A stretch of DNA of 64,000 nucleotides. It comes from an uncultured Verrucomicrobiota bacterium. Lineage in GTDB: Bacteria > Verrucomicrobiota > Verrucomicrobiia > Limisphaerales > UBA9464. Below the pieces are notes generated by a model, which did not search any database, had not been told where the DNA came from, and saw nothing but the letters and a program-made list of their open reading frames with translations. The DNA is taken from the NCBI GenBank assembly GCA_903835555.1, contig CAILNN010000292.1:1125-65124 (forward strand), in the 5' to 3' direction. Positions 28,385 to 37,302 of this stretch are shown piece by piece (the stretch's first letter is position 1; every line of letters begins with the position of its first letter). The position numbers and the translations under genes were made by a program.

Positions 28385-29053
28385 CTAACCCGAGGCCACC
28401 CGCCAGGCCGAAGCCACCGCCATGATGAGGGAAATGATGTTAAAGATGGAAAGTTCCCCAAAGAGAATAAAAAACGATGCGCTGACCGCCAAGAAGGCTA
28501 TTACCGAGGCAACCACGCCCAAAGAATTGTCGGTACCACGTGCCATCGTGCGGGCTCCAATACCGGTCAGGTATCCGGTGATGACGCCAAAGAGGGGAAA
28601 GCGAAACCCAATGGCAATGGACAGGCCTATCAACAGTCCTGAACCCAGCATGGCACCGAGAATTCCTCCAACGATGCCACGACTCAGGCTGAACATGGGT
28701 GCGTCTGGCATCCGTTCGAGATAAGTCCCGGACTGCGCCCGCTGTGTGACTGCGGAGGAAGCAGGAGATGGCGGAGGAGCTAAAACCGCTGGGGACACCG
28801 TGACTCCCGAAGAAGAACCTGTGGCCGATTGAGGAGCGGTGGATGAAATCCGTAAGGCACCAGGCTTTGGCATTGGGGTGGTCGGAGGAGATGTTGGAGT
28901 CGGGAGATGCCGGGCAATAAAGGCATTTGCCGCCGCTGTTCCGTCCGAGCCGCAGTTTGGACATTGAACCTCCACCGCCATTTGGCCATCGACGGGCTCG
29001 ACGTCAAAGGCGTACTGCTGTCCACAGTTGCATTCTAATTTGACATCGATCAT
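28385..29053 (-). CDS. Hypothetical membrane protein: N-terminal Zn-ribbon, Pro/Ser-rich linker, glycine-zipper transmembrane region
   Basis: ECNCGQQYAFD..VQCPNCGSDG (CxC...CxxC); a low-complexity linker PTPTSPPTTPMPKPG...; then GIVGGILGAMLGSGLLIGLSIAIGF..FGVITGYLTGIG and further hydrophobic helices. Transcribed divergently from the retron-like locus. Confidence 0.6.
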   Translation of the reverse strand: MIDVKLECNCGQQYAFDVEPVDGQMAVEVQCPNCGSDGTAAANAFIARHLPTPTSPPTTPMPKPGALRISSTAPQSATGSSSGVTVSPAVLAPPPSPASSAVTQRAQSGTYLERMPDAPMFSLSRGIVGGILGAMLGSGLLIGLSIAIGFRFPLFGVITGYLTGIGARTMARGTDNSLGVVASVIAFLAVSASFFILFGELSIFNIISLIMAVASAWRVASG

Positions 29054-29253
29054 GGGTACGCGCCGAGTTGGGTTCTAGTGTCGTGTTTAAGTTCTAATTT
29101 TCCCGAGATAATTCAATGCTGTCCAAATTCTGCAAGAAGATAATGTGCAATCATCTCATGGATGACAGGGCTCCGATAATCGACAGCCACCCATGTCGGA
29201 CGCTCGGTTTTTATCTCGACACCTTCGATGTGTTGTGATAGCAAGTGAAATCG

Positions 29254-29407
29254 GACGATGCTCCAAGCAGGTGAACGCAACTGGTTTGCGCTTCATCTCT
29301 CCGGGGCTACCCCGGGGCAACTCGATACTGACACATCACACCGCGCGACGAGCCGTCCGCCAGGCGGACCCCGCGTCACGCAGGACCAGACGCGTTGGAG
29401 CATCGTC
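29254..29407 (+). ncRNA. Candidate retron msr-msd non-coding RNA (bracketed by a1/a2-type inverted repeats)
   Basis: Perfect 13-nt inverted repeat: GACGATGCTCCAA (29254-29266) / TTGGAGCATCGTC (29395-29407). Internal hairpins: 29271-29295, 29301-29315, 29355-29369, and 29372-29394 (or the alternative 29343-29381). The left arm is followed by A-G-C. The right arm ends 10 nt before the RT ATG. The boundaries are inferred, not measured. Confidence 0.55.
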
Positions 29408-29416
29408 TCGATTCCC

Positions 29417-30763
29417 ATGGAGCCCATTGATCTCGCCGCACGCAAGCTGGCAAGATTGCTACTGGCAGGACCCTTTACCGTTCGCGAAGCGACAAATCGA
29501 GTTCGCGCCAGTTTGGGGCGTTGTCCGCGCTGGTTGTCCCGGGGATTGACCCGGTGGGTGCCGGAGATCGGCGAGGGCGCTCGTCCTCGTCAACAACGTG
29601 TCCAGGCGCGCGTTCGGTCTAATGCGGGTTTTCAGACCGCTTTTCATTCACGTCAACTACGACTCCCTGCAAGTCCGCCGATGTCGGCCATGTTGCCTGC
29701 TTCAGGTGCCCCGCAGACTTGGAACCTTCCGAAACTGACTTCCACTCATGATCTCGCACACTTTCTCCATTTGACAATAGGTGAATTGGAATGGTTTGCC
29801 GATCTCAAATCAATCAATTCCAAGACGCTGAAAGCACGTCTCACTCACTATCGGTATCGCTGGCAACCGAAACGAGTTGGTAGTGCCCGATTAATTGAGT
29901 CACCCAAACGGCGCCTAAAGCAACTCCAACGGCATATCCTGCATGCGATTCTGGACCGAATCCCACCTCACGAAGCTGCCCACGGCTTTCGTTCCGGACA
30001 TTCGATTCATAGTTTTGTCGCCCCTCATGTCGGGCAGGAAATGGTCCTGCGACTCGACCTTCGGGATTTCTTTCCAACCATTTCCCGAGCACGGGTCATC
30101 GCGCTGTTTCTAACGGCGGGATATCCGGAACCCGTCGCGCTGCGGTTGGCGGGCATTTGCACCAATGGTGTACCCAGCGCTGTTCTGGACCCGGGTCCGA
30201 AGGTCGCGGCGTTGCCTTTTCCAGAGCAGTTCCGATTGCGCAAACTTTATCAGGCACCCCATCTTCCCCAAGGTTCACCCAGTTCTCCCTCTTTGGCCAA
30301 TCTAGCCGCCCATCGTCTGGATTGTCGGTTTTCTGGACTTGCCCATTCCGCTGGTGCCCACTACACCCGATATGCCGACGATTTGGTATTTTCCGGCGGT
30401 AAAGATTTCTCTCGAAGCGCCGAGCGATTTGCCGTGCTTGCCTGCGCAGTCGCGCTTGAGGAGGGTTTTGAAGTTCAAACCCGCAAGACGCGCCTGATGC
30501 GCCAATCTGTTTCCCAACACGCCGCCGGGATGATTCTCAATCAGAAGGCCAATCTTCCACGGCGTGAATACGAGTCCCTCAAAGCCATCCTTCATAACTG
30601 CGTCCGCTTTGGGCCCGCCAGTCAGAATCGAGAGGCCCACCCCTATTTCCAAGCTCACCTGCTGGGAAGGATTGCACATCTCGCGACCGTCAATCCCGGC
30701 CGCGCCAACAAACTGCGCTCCCAATTCGACTTGATTGATTGGGGAGTATCATCGTCTGAGTAG
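29417..30763 (+). CDS. Retron-type reverse transcriptase with ~100-140 aa N-terminal extension
   Basis: HYRYRWQPKRVGSARLIESPKRRLKQLQRHIL, AAHGFRSGHSIHSFVAPHVG, LRLDLRDFFPTI, LPQGSPSSPSLANL, YTRYADDLVFS (YADD at 30371-30382) and AAGMILNQK. It is colinear by eye with retron Ec86 RT. The start is taken at ATG 29417 (MEPIDLAARK). The track ORF starts at ATG 29258, inside the putative ncRNA. Confidence 0.9.
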   Translation: MEPIDLAARKLARLLLAGPFTVREATNRVRASLGRCPRWLSRGLTRWVPEIGEGARPRQQRVQARVRSNAGFQTAFHSRQLRLPASPPMSAMLPASGAPQTWNLPKLTSTHDLAHFLHLTIGELEWFADLKSINSKTLKARLTHYRYRWQPKRVGSARLIESPKRRLKQLQRHILHAILDRIPPHEAAHGFRSGHSIHSFVAPHVGQEMVLRLDLRDFFPTISRARVIALFLTAGYPEPVALRLAGICTNGVPSAVLDPGPKVAALPFPEQFRLRKLYQAPHLPQGSPSSPSLANLAAHRLDCRFSGLAHSAGAHYTRYADDLVFSGGKDFSRSAERFAVLACAVALEEGFEVQTRKTRLMRQSVSQHAAGMILNQKANLPRREYESLKAILHNCVRFGPASQNREAHPYFQAHLLGRIAHLATVNPGRANKLRSQFDLIDWGVSSSE

Positions 30764-30937
30764 TCTTGGCGGTGCCGAGCTCCGGCGAGTCCTTGAGCAA
30801 ACGCGAGACTCCTAGAATTGAGATTTGCTTTGATCGAGTAATGTCGGGTTTGGCCCCGTAGGAATGGCGTCGCCTCAGCTGGTGGCAGCAAAACTTTTCC
30901 TGTTTAATTTGCCCGCCGATGGCATAGCGGTAGTGAA

Positions 30938-31495
30938 GTGGCACTCGATTTAGAACAGGTTCGGCAAATTCTCCAGCGCATCCGGCAAGGCGATATTGAC
31001 GCCTATGCCGAATTGGTCGTGGCCTATCAATCCGATGTTTGGAAGGTTGCAGCCGCCATTCCGGGCGGTATGCGCGAAATTGAGGAATTGGTCCAGCAAA
31101 CCTTCGTCCAAGCCTATCAACAATTGGAAACCTTCGATTCGCGCCGGGACTTCGGTCCCTGGATCAAAGAAATCGCGCGCAATCAGACCCGGATGGAACT
31201 GCGGCGGGCCATGCGTGAATCGTCACGCCTGAATCGATATTATGAAGAATGGATGCGGGATCTGAACGCTGAGGAAAGCGGGAATACCGAGGCGCTGGAG
31301 GAAGCCCTCCGCACCTGTCGCCAGGAACTTTCCGAACACTTGGACCAGATCGTCGCCCAGCGGTACGAACAGGCGCTCAGTTTTGAGGACATCGCCCGCC
31401 AAATTGGACGCTCGGTCGCCGCCACCCGCCAGTTGATCTCGCGGGCCCGCGTCGCCCTGCGCGACTGTGTTGCCCGGAAGGGAGGCTTCGCGTGA
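30938..31495 (+). CDS. ECF-type sigma-70 family RNA polymerase sigma factor
   Basis: Region 2 (AYAELVVAYQSDVWKVAA..FVQAYQQLETFD..FGPWIKEIARNQ) and region 4 (LSFEDIARQIGRSVAATRQLISRARVALRDC). GTG start. Confidence 0.9.
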   Translation: MALDLEQVRQILQRIRQGDIDAYAELVVAYQSDVWKVAAAIPGGMREIEELVQQTFVQAYQQLETFDSRRDFGPWIKEIARNQTRMELRRAMRESSRLNRYYEEWMRDLNAEESGNTEALEEALRTCRQELSEHLDQIVAQRYEQALSFEDIARQIGRSVAATRQLISRARVALRDCVARKGGFA

Positions 31496-33021
31496 ATCGA
31501 CCGGAGGAATTGATGTCGAACGCAGTGGATGGCCTCCTGACCGATGCCGAGCGTCTGGAGTTGGAGAGGCTGTTGGATGCCGATCCCGAGGCCCTGGAAA
31601 AATGGCGACAACTGATCAGGATTGAAGCAGGGCTTCGTTCCGCCCGGGTTCGATTTCCCTTTGCTGTCACGGTTCCTCAAGCGATTCGCGCGGAACACGA
31701 ACGCCGTGTGGCTCAAGGGGTTCTCCAGCAGATTCGATCGCTGCCCGACACGTCCGTTTCGCGCAGTTCCTCTTGGCTTGCCCTTTGCGAGCATTGGTTC
31801 CGGCCTATTCGACGGCGGACCGTTTGGGCCACGGGTTTTGTCGCAATTGCGATCCTTTCAACGCTGATATGGCTTGGCAGCGATAACCATCCTCGCGATC
31901 TGGCGGTGGAACAAGCCCGGAACCTGGAGGTGCGTCGCGGTTGGTGGTGGCGTTCCGTGAAGGCCGGGGAACAACTTTCAAGCCGTTGGTCACTACGTAC
32001 CGGACCCCTTGGGAGTGCACGGCTTCAGATTTTATCGGATTCAACCACGGTCGTTCTGGAAGAGCAAACGAAGGCGGACTTCATTGAAAACTCCCTGGCA
32101 AAGCAGTGGTCGATCAAGCAAGGGCGCATCCAGGTTCATGCGGCCCACCAGGTGCCGGGACATCCGATAGTGGTCCGAACCCCCCATGGCCATGCCGAGG
32201 TGGTGGGTACCACCTTTTCGCTCAGTGCGCGTCCAACAACCAGTTGGCTCCGTGTGGACGATGGTGCCGTTCAGTGGTCCAGTCTGGGAGATAATAGGTC
32301 CTTGCTCGTGCCCGCAGGGCAATTTGTCGCGGCTGGACATGGGCCGATCGGGCTCTTAATGGCAGCGGACCCGGAGATGCTTCGAATTCCCTTCACCCTC
32401 GATCTTCAGCGTTCATTTCAGGATGGAGACGGCGCGTGGAATACCGACGGTTCCGCACTGGTGCAGACCAAAGTGTCGCATGTCCCCATGACCAACGCCA
32501 TTTGGGGGACCCCCGCATCGCCCGGAAGCGCGTATGTCATCGAAGCGCGGACACCCGAAAGCATCGAGATACGCTGTGACGTTGAGGTTCAAAGGACCAT
32601 CCACGACGAAGTGGCTCGCTGGATTTGGCCGCAAAACTTTGGACTGCGGTTTTACCTCGGGCGCTATGATTTTCAACTCAACGCCGAAGGAGGCGGAGTC
32701 GCTGCAACAGCATTGCTGAAGTTCGGAGGAGGCAGTCCTAAAGCCTCGGATTCACCCGTCGTCATCCATGGCCAGACGCATTCGTCTCTGCCTGCAGCGG
32801 GCGTCGGCCTCCACCATTTTCGCCTTCAGCTTTGGCGACAACCCGACGGTCACTGCCGAGCCTTGGGAAAGGTCTGGACTGGATCAGGAGAGCCGAACGA
32901 ATGGCAAATCAACGCCGAATTTAACCGGAGCGAGTCACTGACCCAGGTGGGCATGCAAACCGTTTCCTGCGCAGCCCGATTTTCCCAATTTCAAACCTTC
33001 TTGATCGAATCGTTGCAATAG
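31492..33021 (+). CDS. Anti-sigma factor, FecR-domain transmembrane protein
   Basis: GTGA overlap with the sigma gene; one TM helix (VWATGFVAIAILSTLIWLG); a FecR-like block (..LRTGPLGSARLQILSDSTTVVLEE..GRIQVHA..IVVRTPHGHAEVVGTTFSL). Confidence 0.8.
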   Translation: MNRPEELMSNAVDGLLTDAERLELERLLDADPEALEKWRQLIRIEAGLRSARVRFPFAVTVPQAIRAEHERRVAQGVLQQIRSLPDTSVSRSSSWLALCEHWFRPIRRRTVWATGFVAIAILSTLIWLGSDNHPRDLAVEQARNLEVRRGWWWRSVKAGEQLSSRWSLRTGPLGSARLQILSDSTTVVLEEQTKADFIENSLAKQWSIKQGRIQVHAAHQVPGHPIVVRTPHGHAEVVGTTFSLSARPTTSWLRVDDGAVQWSSLGDNRSLLVPAGQFVAAGHGPIGLLMAADPEMLRIPFTLDLQRSFQDGDGAWNTDGSALVQTKVSHVPMTNAIWGTPASPGSAYVIEARTPESIEIRCDVEVQRTIHDEVARWIWPQNFGLRFYLGRYDFQLNAEGGGVAATALLKFGGGSPKASDSPVVIHGQTHSSLPAAGVGLHHFRLQLWRQPDGHCRALGKVWTGSGEPNEWQINAEFNRSESLTQVGMQTVSCAARFSQFQTFLIESLQ

Positions 33022-33096
33022 CGCTCCTGCTTATCCATGAAATCACCCACTATCCTCGGTAAGAATGAATCGCATTTCCGGCAGCGCACCCATTGT

Positions 33097-36000
33097 ATGA
33101 CACATCGGTTGACTCTCGTTGGCCTGTTCTTCGCCATCCTGGTGTGGTTTGGCCCACGCCTATTCGCCGGTGTGGGCGGTGGCTTCTCTCAAGCCGGACT
33201 GCGCAGTGCCTATTACACCAATCTTCAATTCTCCGGATCCCCTGCTTTCGCGCGGCGGGAAGTACGCCTCGATTTTCGTCCCAGCCTACTCCCGCCCGGC
33301 GGTGCGGGCCAGGTGGGTGATAGTCCGTTTCGCCAGGTCCCGGCATCCAGCTTTTCCGTGGTTTGGTCCGGCAGTGTCATCCCCCGGTTTTCCGAAACCT
33401 ACCAGTTTTCGGTCCAGGCACTCGACGGAGTTCAAGTGCGACTTCGAACCTCAGGCACAACTAACTGGTTCGTGGTGATTGACCCGTCGTCATTCCACAG
33501 CGGACCGGTCGGTGGTGCCTATGCCATGACCGCCGGCACCAACTACGACATCGAGGTTCGATTGTCCCATAGCGGTGGTGCGTGGCAGGCTCAATTGTGG
33601 TGGTCAAGCCCGAGCACCCCGTTGGAGGTTATCGATCCCCTGACTCAATCGGGTCTGAACAATCCCGATTGGACCGCCGGATTCACCGATATCGTTCGGG
33701 GTGCGCGCAATAGCTGGGAGCCAGCCAACGGTGGGTCCCGTCCGGCCATGGACACCAACGGGTGGCCGATGGGTGATGGCTCCTATGTTTTTCAAGAAAG
33801 CCTGAATCAAGGTCTGGACCTCGATCCGCTCATGCAAGGGAAAATCAGCTTTACTTTTAATGGCAAGGCCAGCGTTTCCATCACTGGAAACGTCCGGGGA
33901 AATTCCCTGGTGTCGTACTATGATCAGGTCAGCAATCAGACCGCTGGCAGCTTCTCCGCCATTAAAAATGGTTGGAATGCCTCTTATTTTACCGTCACCA
34001 ACGCGCGTCGGAATGGACAGGCCAATGGTCCGCCCGGCATCACCCACCTTCGGCTGATGCGGCCAACCAGTCCGCTGGCTACCACCAGTCACAATCCAAC
34101 GAACACCCTATTCACCCCGCAACTGCTGGACGCCGTCACTCACTTCACCGTGGTGAGGCATCAATACGTGGCCAATCAGCAGCGCGATTGGTCCGAACGA
34201 ACCTTGCCTACCTACTTCAATCAAGGAGGTGGCTTCAGCAGTCCTCCGCACTATGGCAATGGCGGAAATTCGGATAATGGAATCGCTTGGGAATTCAAGG
34301 TCCTGCTCGCCAACGAAACCGGCTCTGACCTGATGATCAGCCTGCCACCGGTGGCTTCCGGCCATGATGCATCGGAAACGGAGAGCTACATCTGGAAGCT
34401 GGCCAACCTCATCCGCTTCGGCTCGGACGGAGTAGAACCGTATACCAATGTCGTTGCCAATCCGGTCTACCCGCCGCTCAACTCCAACCTCCGGGTCTAT
34501 TTGGAGTTGGGCAATGAACTTTGGAACTCGGGCGGAATATTCAATGTTGACTGGTCGAATATTAATTCATTGATGATCGCAGACTTGGTCGCCAATAACG
34601 CCGATTATCAAGCGATCAACTACGACGGCTTACCCACCAATCAGGATGCCAATGGCTACTACCCCAGCATGAATACCTGGCGGTTCCGGAAAATCGCTCT
34701 GCGCTTGATGCAAATCAGCGACATTTTCCGGGCGGTCTTCGGAGACGACTCCATGGGCAGTCGGGTACGCACCCTCTACGAATGGCAATATGCCAATCTC
34801 AATGACACCGCCGGACTTGCCCTGACCTTTGTCGATCGCTATTTCAACAACGGGGATGGTCAAGCACATGTCGCTCAACCGCATCCCGTCTCCCGCTGGC
34901 TTTGGGGCGGCGGTGGTGCGACCTATTACGGCGCGGTCAACGGCAATGGGCTTACCACGCTTTTACCCGATCCGTCCTTCGGTATTCCCAATTTTCCCGA
35001 CCCTGGCTACCACCCAGGTCCATCGGGATCGTCCTGGCAATTCACCGGCACGTCCGGTATCGCACTTAGCGGAACGGGGACAACGGACATCCCGCCGGCC
35101 TATTCCGGCCATCAGATGGCTTATCTGACCGACAAAGCCTCTATTTCTACTTCCGTCACCTTCCCAACCAACAGCATCTCCCCCTACTTTGGCATTTCGT
35201 TCAAGGCGGTGAATCGCGTGCCGTCGGGCTCTGCGACGGCTGATCAGGAAAACCTGCGCGTGTACTTGGATGGGACCAACGACATCACCGCAAGAACCTT
35301 CAGTCAGGGAAATGGATACACACCAGTCGCCTATGACGCCGGAGACCCGTGGTACGCCAACAATGTATTCTGGACCCGTTCTCAATACTATTACACCCGT
35401 TCTTTTCAAGTGACCCCGGGTTCCACCCATTCGATCACCGTTCGTGGGCTGGGCGATGTCAACCATCCGGGTGTGACCGGGCAAACCGCATTTGTCGGCG
35501 AAGTACGCGTGACCAGTGTGGACCGCATCTTTGAAGATGGCATTCCCGGAGGCGGCGAAGCCACCGGACAACCGGTGGGCGAGGGGATTCGCGACACCAT
35601 GAACGTTGAGGCCAGCTGGGCCAAGGCCTTCGGGCTTCAACAATTGTCCTACGAGGGCGGATGGTCACTGGGAGGCGACGACGGCGGTTCCTGGATTCAA
35701 CTCCAAGCCAAATATGGCGACGCCCGCACCGGGGATGCCCAGCGCCTGTTCATGGACTATTTCGCCCAGGCTGGCTCGGCAGTCAACGTATTCGGAACCT
35801 ACGCCCAGTGGCCTAGCTGGGGTGACTATTACGCTGAACAGGGTCTGCTAAACGTCGGAAAGTATCCCATCGTCCAGGGAATTGATGACGCCGCAAATCA
35901 ATTGCCACCCGAACCCGTCAATGGCGTCCTCCTCCCCGCCGTGTTGACTCCGGGACAAGCCAGTCTGGCAGACCGGGCGGATACCACGCAGGGGCGGATC

Positions 36001-37302
36001 ACGAGTCCGGGAGGCTGGTTGAATTGGAACATCATCGCGCCGGATTCCGGGATTTATGCGATCGCGCCCGTATTGGCTTCGGGAACCGGTTCAACCGTGC
36101 TGTTGGTCGATGATGCGGCGCTGGCCTCCGGTCCCGGCGTTTCAACCCCCGTGTGGCTGACCCGCGGATTGCATAGTGTGAAACTTCGAAGCGTGTCGAC
36201 GTCCCCAGTGGAGGTGACCAAACTGACGGTGTCGATTCCAGGTGCCCCAGCCAGTCCGACCTGGATTTCTGCCATCGATGGAGACGGATCGGCCAACCTG
36301 ACCTGGGAAGCGGTGTCCGGTGCCACAACGTATGAAGTACGTTACGGAATATCACCCGCAACCTATACCGTGGCGCGGTCATCGCTTTCCGTGACCAATC
36401 TCGTCATCACTGGTCTACAAAACGGCCAGCAATACTATTTCGTCGTCCTCGCCGGCAACGATCACGGATTGAGCCTGCCTTCGAGTGAACGCGGACTCAT
36501 TCCCGTCGGTATCGGCCAACCCGCGCCCCTGGCAATCTGGGAATTCAACGGAGCCATCGGGAATGAAGTGACCGCCACCGCCGCATCAGCTTCTTCGCGA
36601 GTTGTCACCACCCCTCTGGTGCGTGGCACCGGGTTGACGCCGAGCACCAGCGATTGGGCGGCTGGCATGCGGGCCGATCGTTTTGGCAGCGAGCCATCCG
36701 CAACCCAGGGACACACCTATGGGACCACCCTGAGCCAGGGATTATCCAAGCAGCAGTTCGACCAATTCTCCATCACCGCTGCACCGGGGCAGTTGATTTC
36801 CCTGAAGCAACTTTCCTTCCGCGCCTTCTTTCAAAATGGGGCTGGCGCTGCCGGTATCACCTATAGCACCGATGGCGTTCATTTCAGCCCCGGTATCTCC
36901 GCCAGCGGATCGGCTTCCACGTCGCAGGCACCCTGGGTCGTTGACCTATCAAATCAACCGAGCCTGCAATCGACCGCCGCCACCGTTACTTTTCGGATTT
37001 GTCTCTATGGCCTCGGAGGATATCAGTTCAGCGGGCTGGGTGATCAATCTGGCCCGGATATCGTCGTCACGGGCACATTGCGACCCGTGCAACTGCCACT
37101 GAAGATTTCGACCAACCATTTAAACGGTGTCCAAATCTCATGGCCCGATGTGGGACCCGGCCCCGCTCTTCAAACCAAACACAATTTAAGCTCCAGCCAA
37201 CCATGGATGTCGGTCACCAACACGCCTGCGATCTCCGATGGCGAACAGTCGGTAACTCTCCCAGTTTCTGCAGCAGATGCCTTTTTTCGACTTTTTGAAT
37301 GA
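33097..37302 (+). CDS. Giant secreted protein: PA14 + putative clan GH-A-like glycoside hydrolase region + FN3 + unknown C-terminal domains + beta-sandwich tail
   Basis: Signal peptide MTHRLTLVGLFFAILVWFG; PA14 (GLRSAYYTNLQFSG..VVWSG..ETYQF..LDGVQVRL..AQLWWSSPS); YLELGNELWNSGG (NE acid/base-like motif); FN3 (LTWEAVSGATTYEVRYG..GLQNGQQYYFVV). The hydrolase assignment is tentative. Confidence 0.85.
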   Translation: MTHRLTLVGLFFAILVWFGPRLFAGVGGGFSQAGLRSAYYTNLQFSGSPAFARREVRLDFRPSLLPPGGAGQVGDSPFRQVPASSFSVVWSGSVIPRFSETYQFSVQALDGVQVRLRTSGTTNWFVVIDPSSFHSGPVGGAYAMTAGTNYDIEVRLSHSGGAWQAQLWWSSPSTPLEVIDPLTQSGLNNPDWTAGFTDIVRGARNSWEPANGGSRPAMDTNGWPMGDGSYVFQESLNQGLDLDPLMQGKISFTFNGKASVSITGNVRGNSLVSYYDQVSNQTAGSFSAIKNGWNASYFTVTNARRNGQANGPPGITHLRLMRPTSPLATTSHNPTNTLFTPQLLDAVTHFTVVRHQYVANQQRDWSERTLPTYFNQGGGFSSPPHYGNGGNSDNGIAWEFKVLLANETGSDLMISLPPVASGHDASETESYIWKLANLIRFGSDGVEPYTNVVANPVYPPLNSNLRVYLELGNELWNSGGIFNVDWSNINSLMIADLVANNADYQAINYDGLPTNQDANGYYPSMNTWRFRKIALRLMQISDIFRAVFGDDSMGSRVRTLYEWQYANLNDTAGLALTFVDRYFNNGDGQAHVAQPHPVSRWLWGGGGATYYGAVNGNGLTTLLPDPSFGIPNFPDPGYHPGPSGSSWQFTGTSGIALSGTGTTDIPPAYSGHQMAYLTDKASISTSVTFPTNSISPYFGISFKAVNRVPSGSATADQENLRVYLDGTNDITARTFSQGNGYTPVAYDAGDPWYANNVFWTRSQYYYTRSFQVTPGSTHSITVRGLGDVNHPGVTGQTAFVGEVRVTSVDRIFEDGIPGGGEATGQPVGEGIRDTMNVEASWAKAFGLQQLSYEGGWSLGGDDGGSWIQLQAKYGDARTGDAQRLFMDYFAQAGSAVNVFGTYAQWPSWGDYYAEQGLLNVGKYPIVQGIDDAANQLPPEPVNGVLLPAVLTPGQASLADRADTTQGRITSPGGWLNWNIIAPDSGIYAIAPVLASGTGSTVLLVDDAALASGPGVSTPVWLTRGLHSVKLRSVSTSPVEVTKLTVSIPGAPASPTWISAIDGDGSANLTWEAVSGATTYEVRYGISPATYTVARSSLSVTNLVITGLQNGQQYYFVVLAGNDHGLSLPSSERGLIPVGIGQPAPLAIWEFNGAIGNEVTATAASASSRVVTTPLVRGTGLTPSTSDWAAGMRADRFGSEPSATQGHTYGTTLSQGLSKQQFDQFSITAAPGQLISLKQLSFRAFFQNGAGAAGITYSTDGVHFSPGISASGSASTSQAPWVVDLSNQPSLQSTAATVTFRICLYGLGGYQFSGLGDQSGPDIVVTGTLRPVQLPLKISTNHLNGVQISWPDVGPGPALQTKHNLSSSQPWMSVTNTPAISDGEQSVTLPVSAADAFFRLFE

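Noticed and set aside
29258-29416. An ATG at 29258 that would extend the RT ORF by 53 codons (the ORF-track start).
   Set aside because: The extra peptide (MLQAGERNWFALHLSGATPGQLDTDTSHRATSRPPGGPRVTQDQTRW..) is low-complexity. It lies entirely inside the inverted-repeat-bracketed hairpin region, and the open frame is easily explained by GC-rich sequence. I kept it as the main alternative that would refute the ncRNA call.
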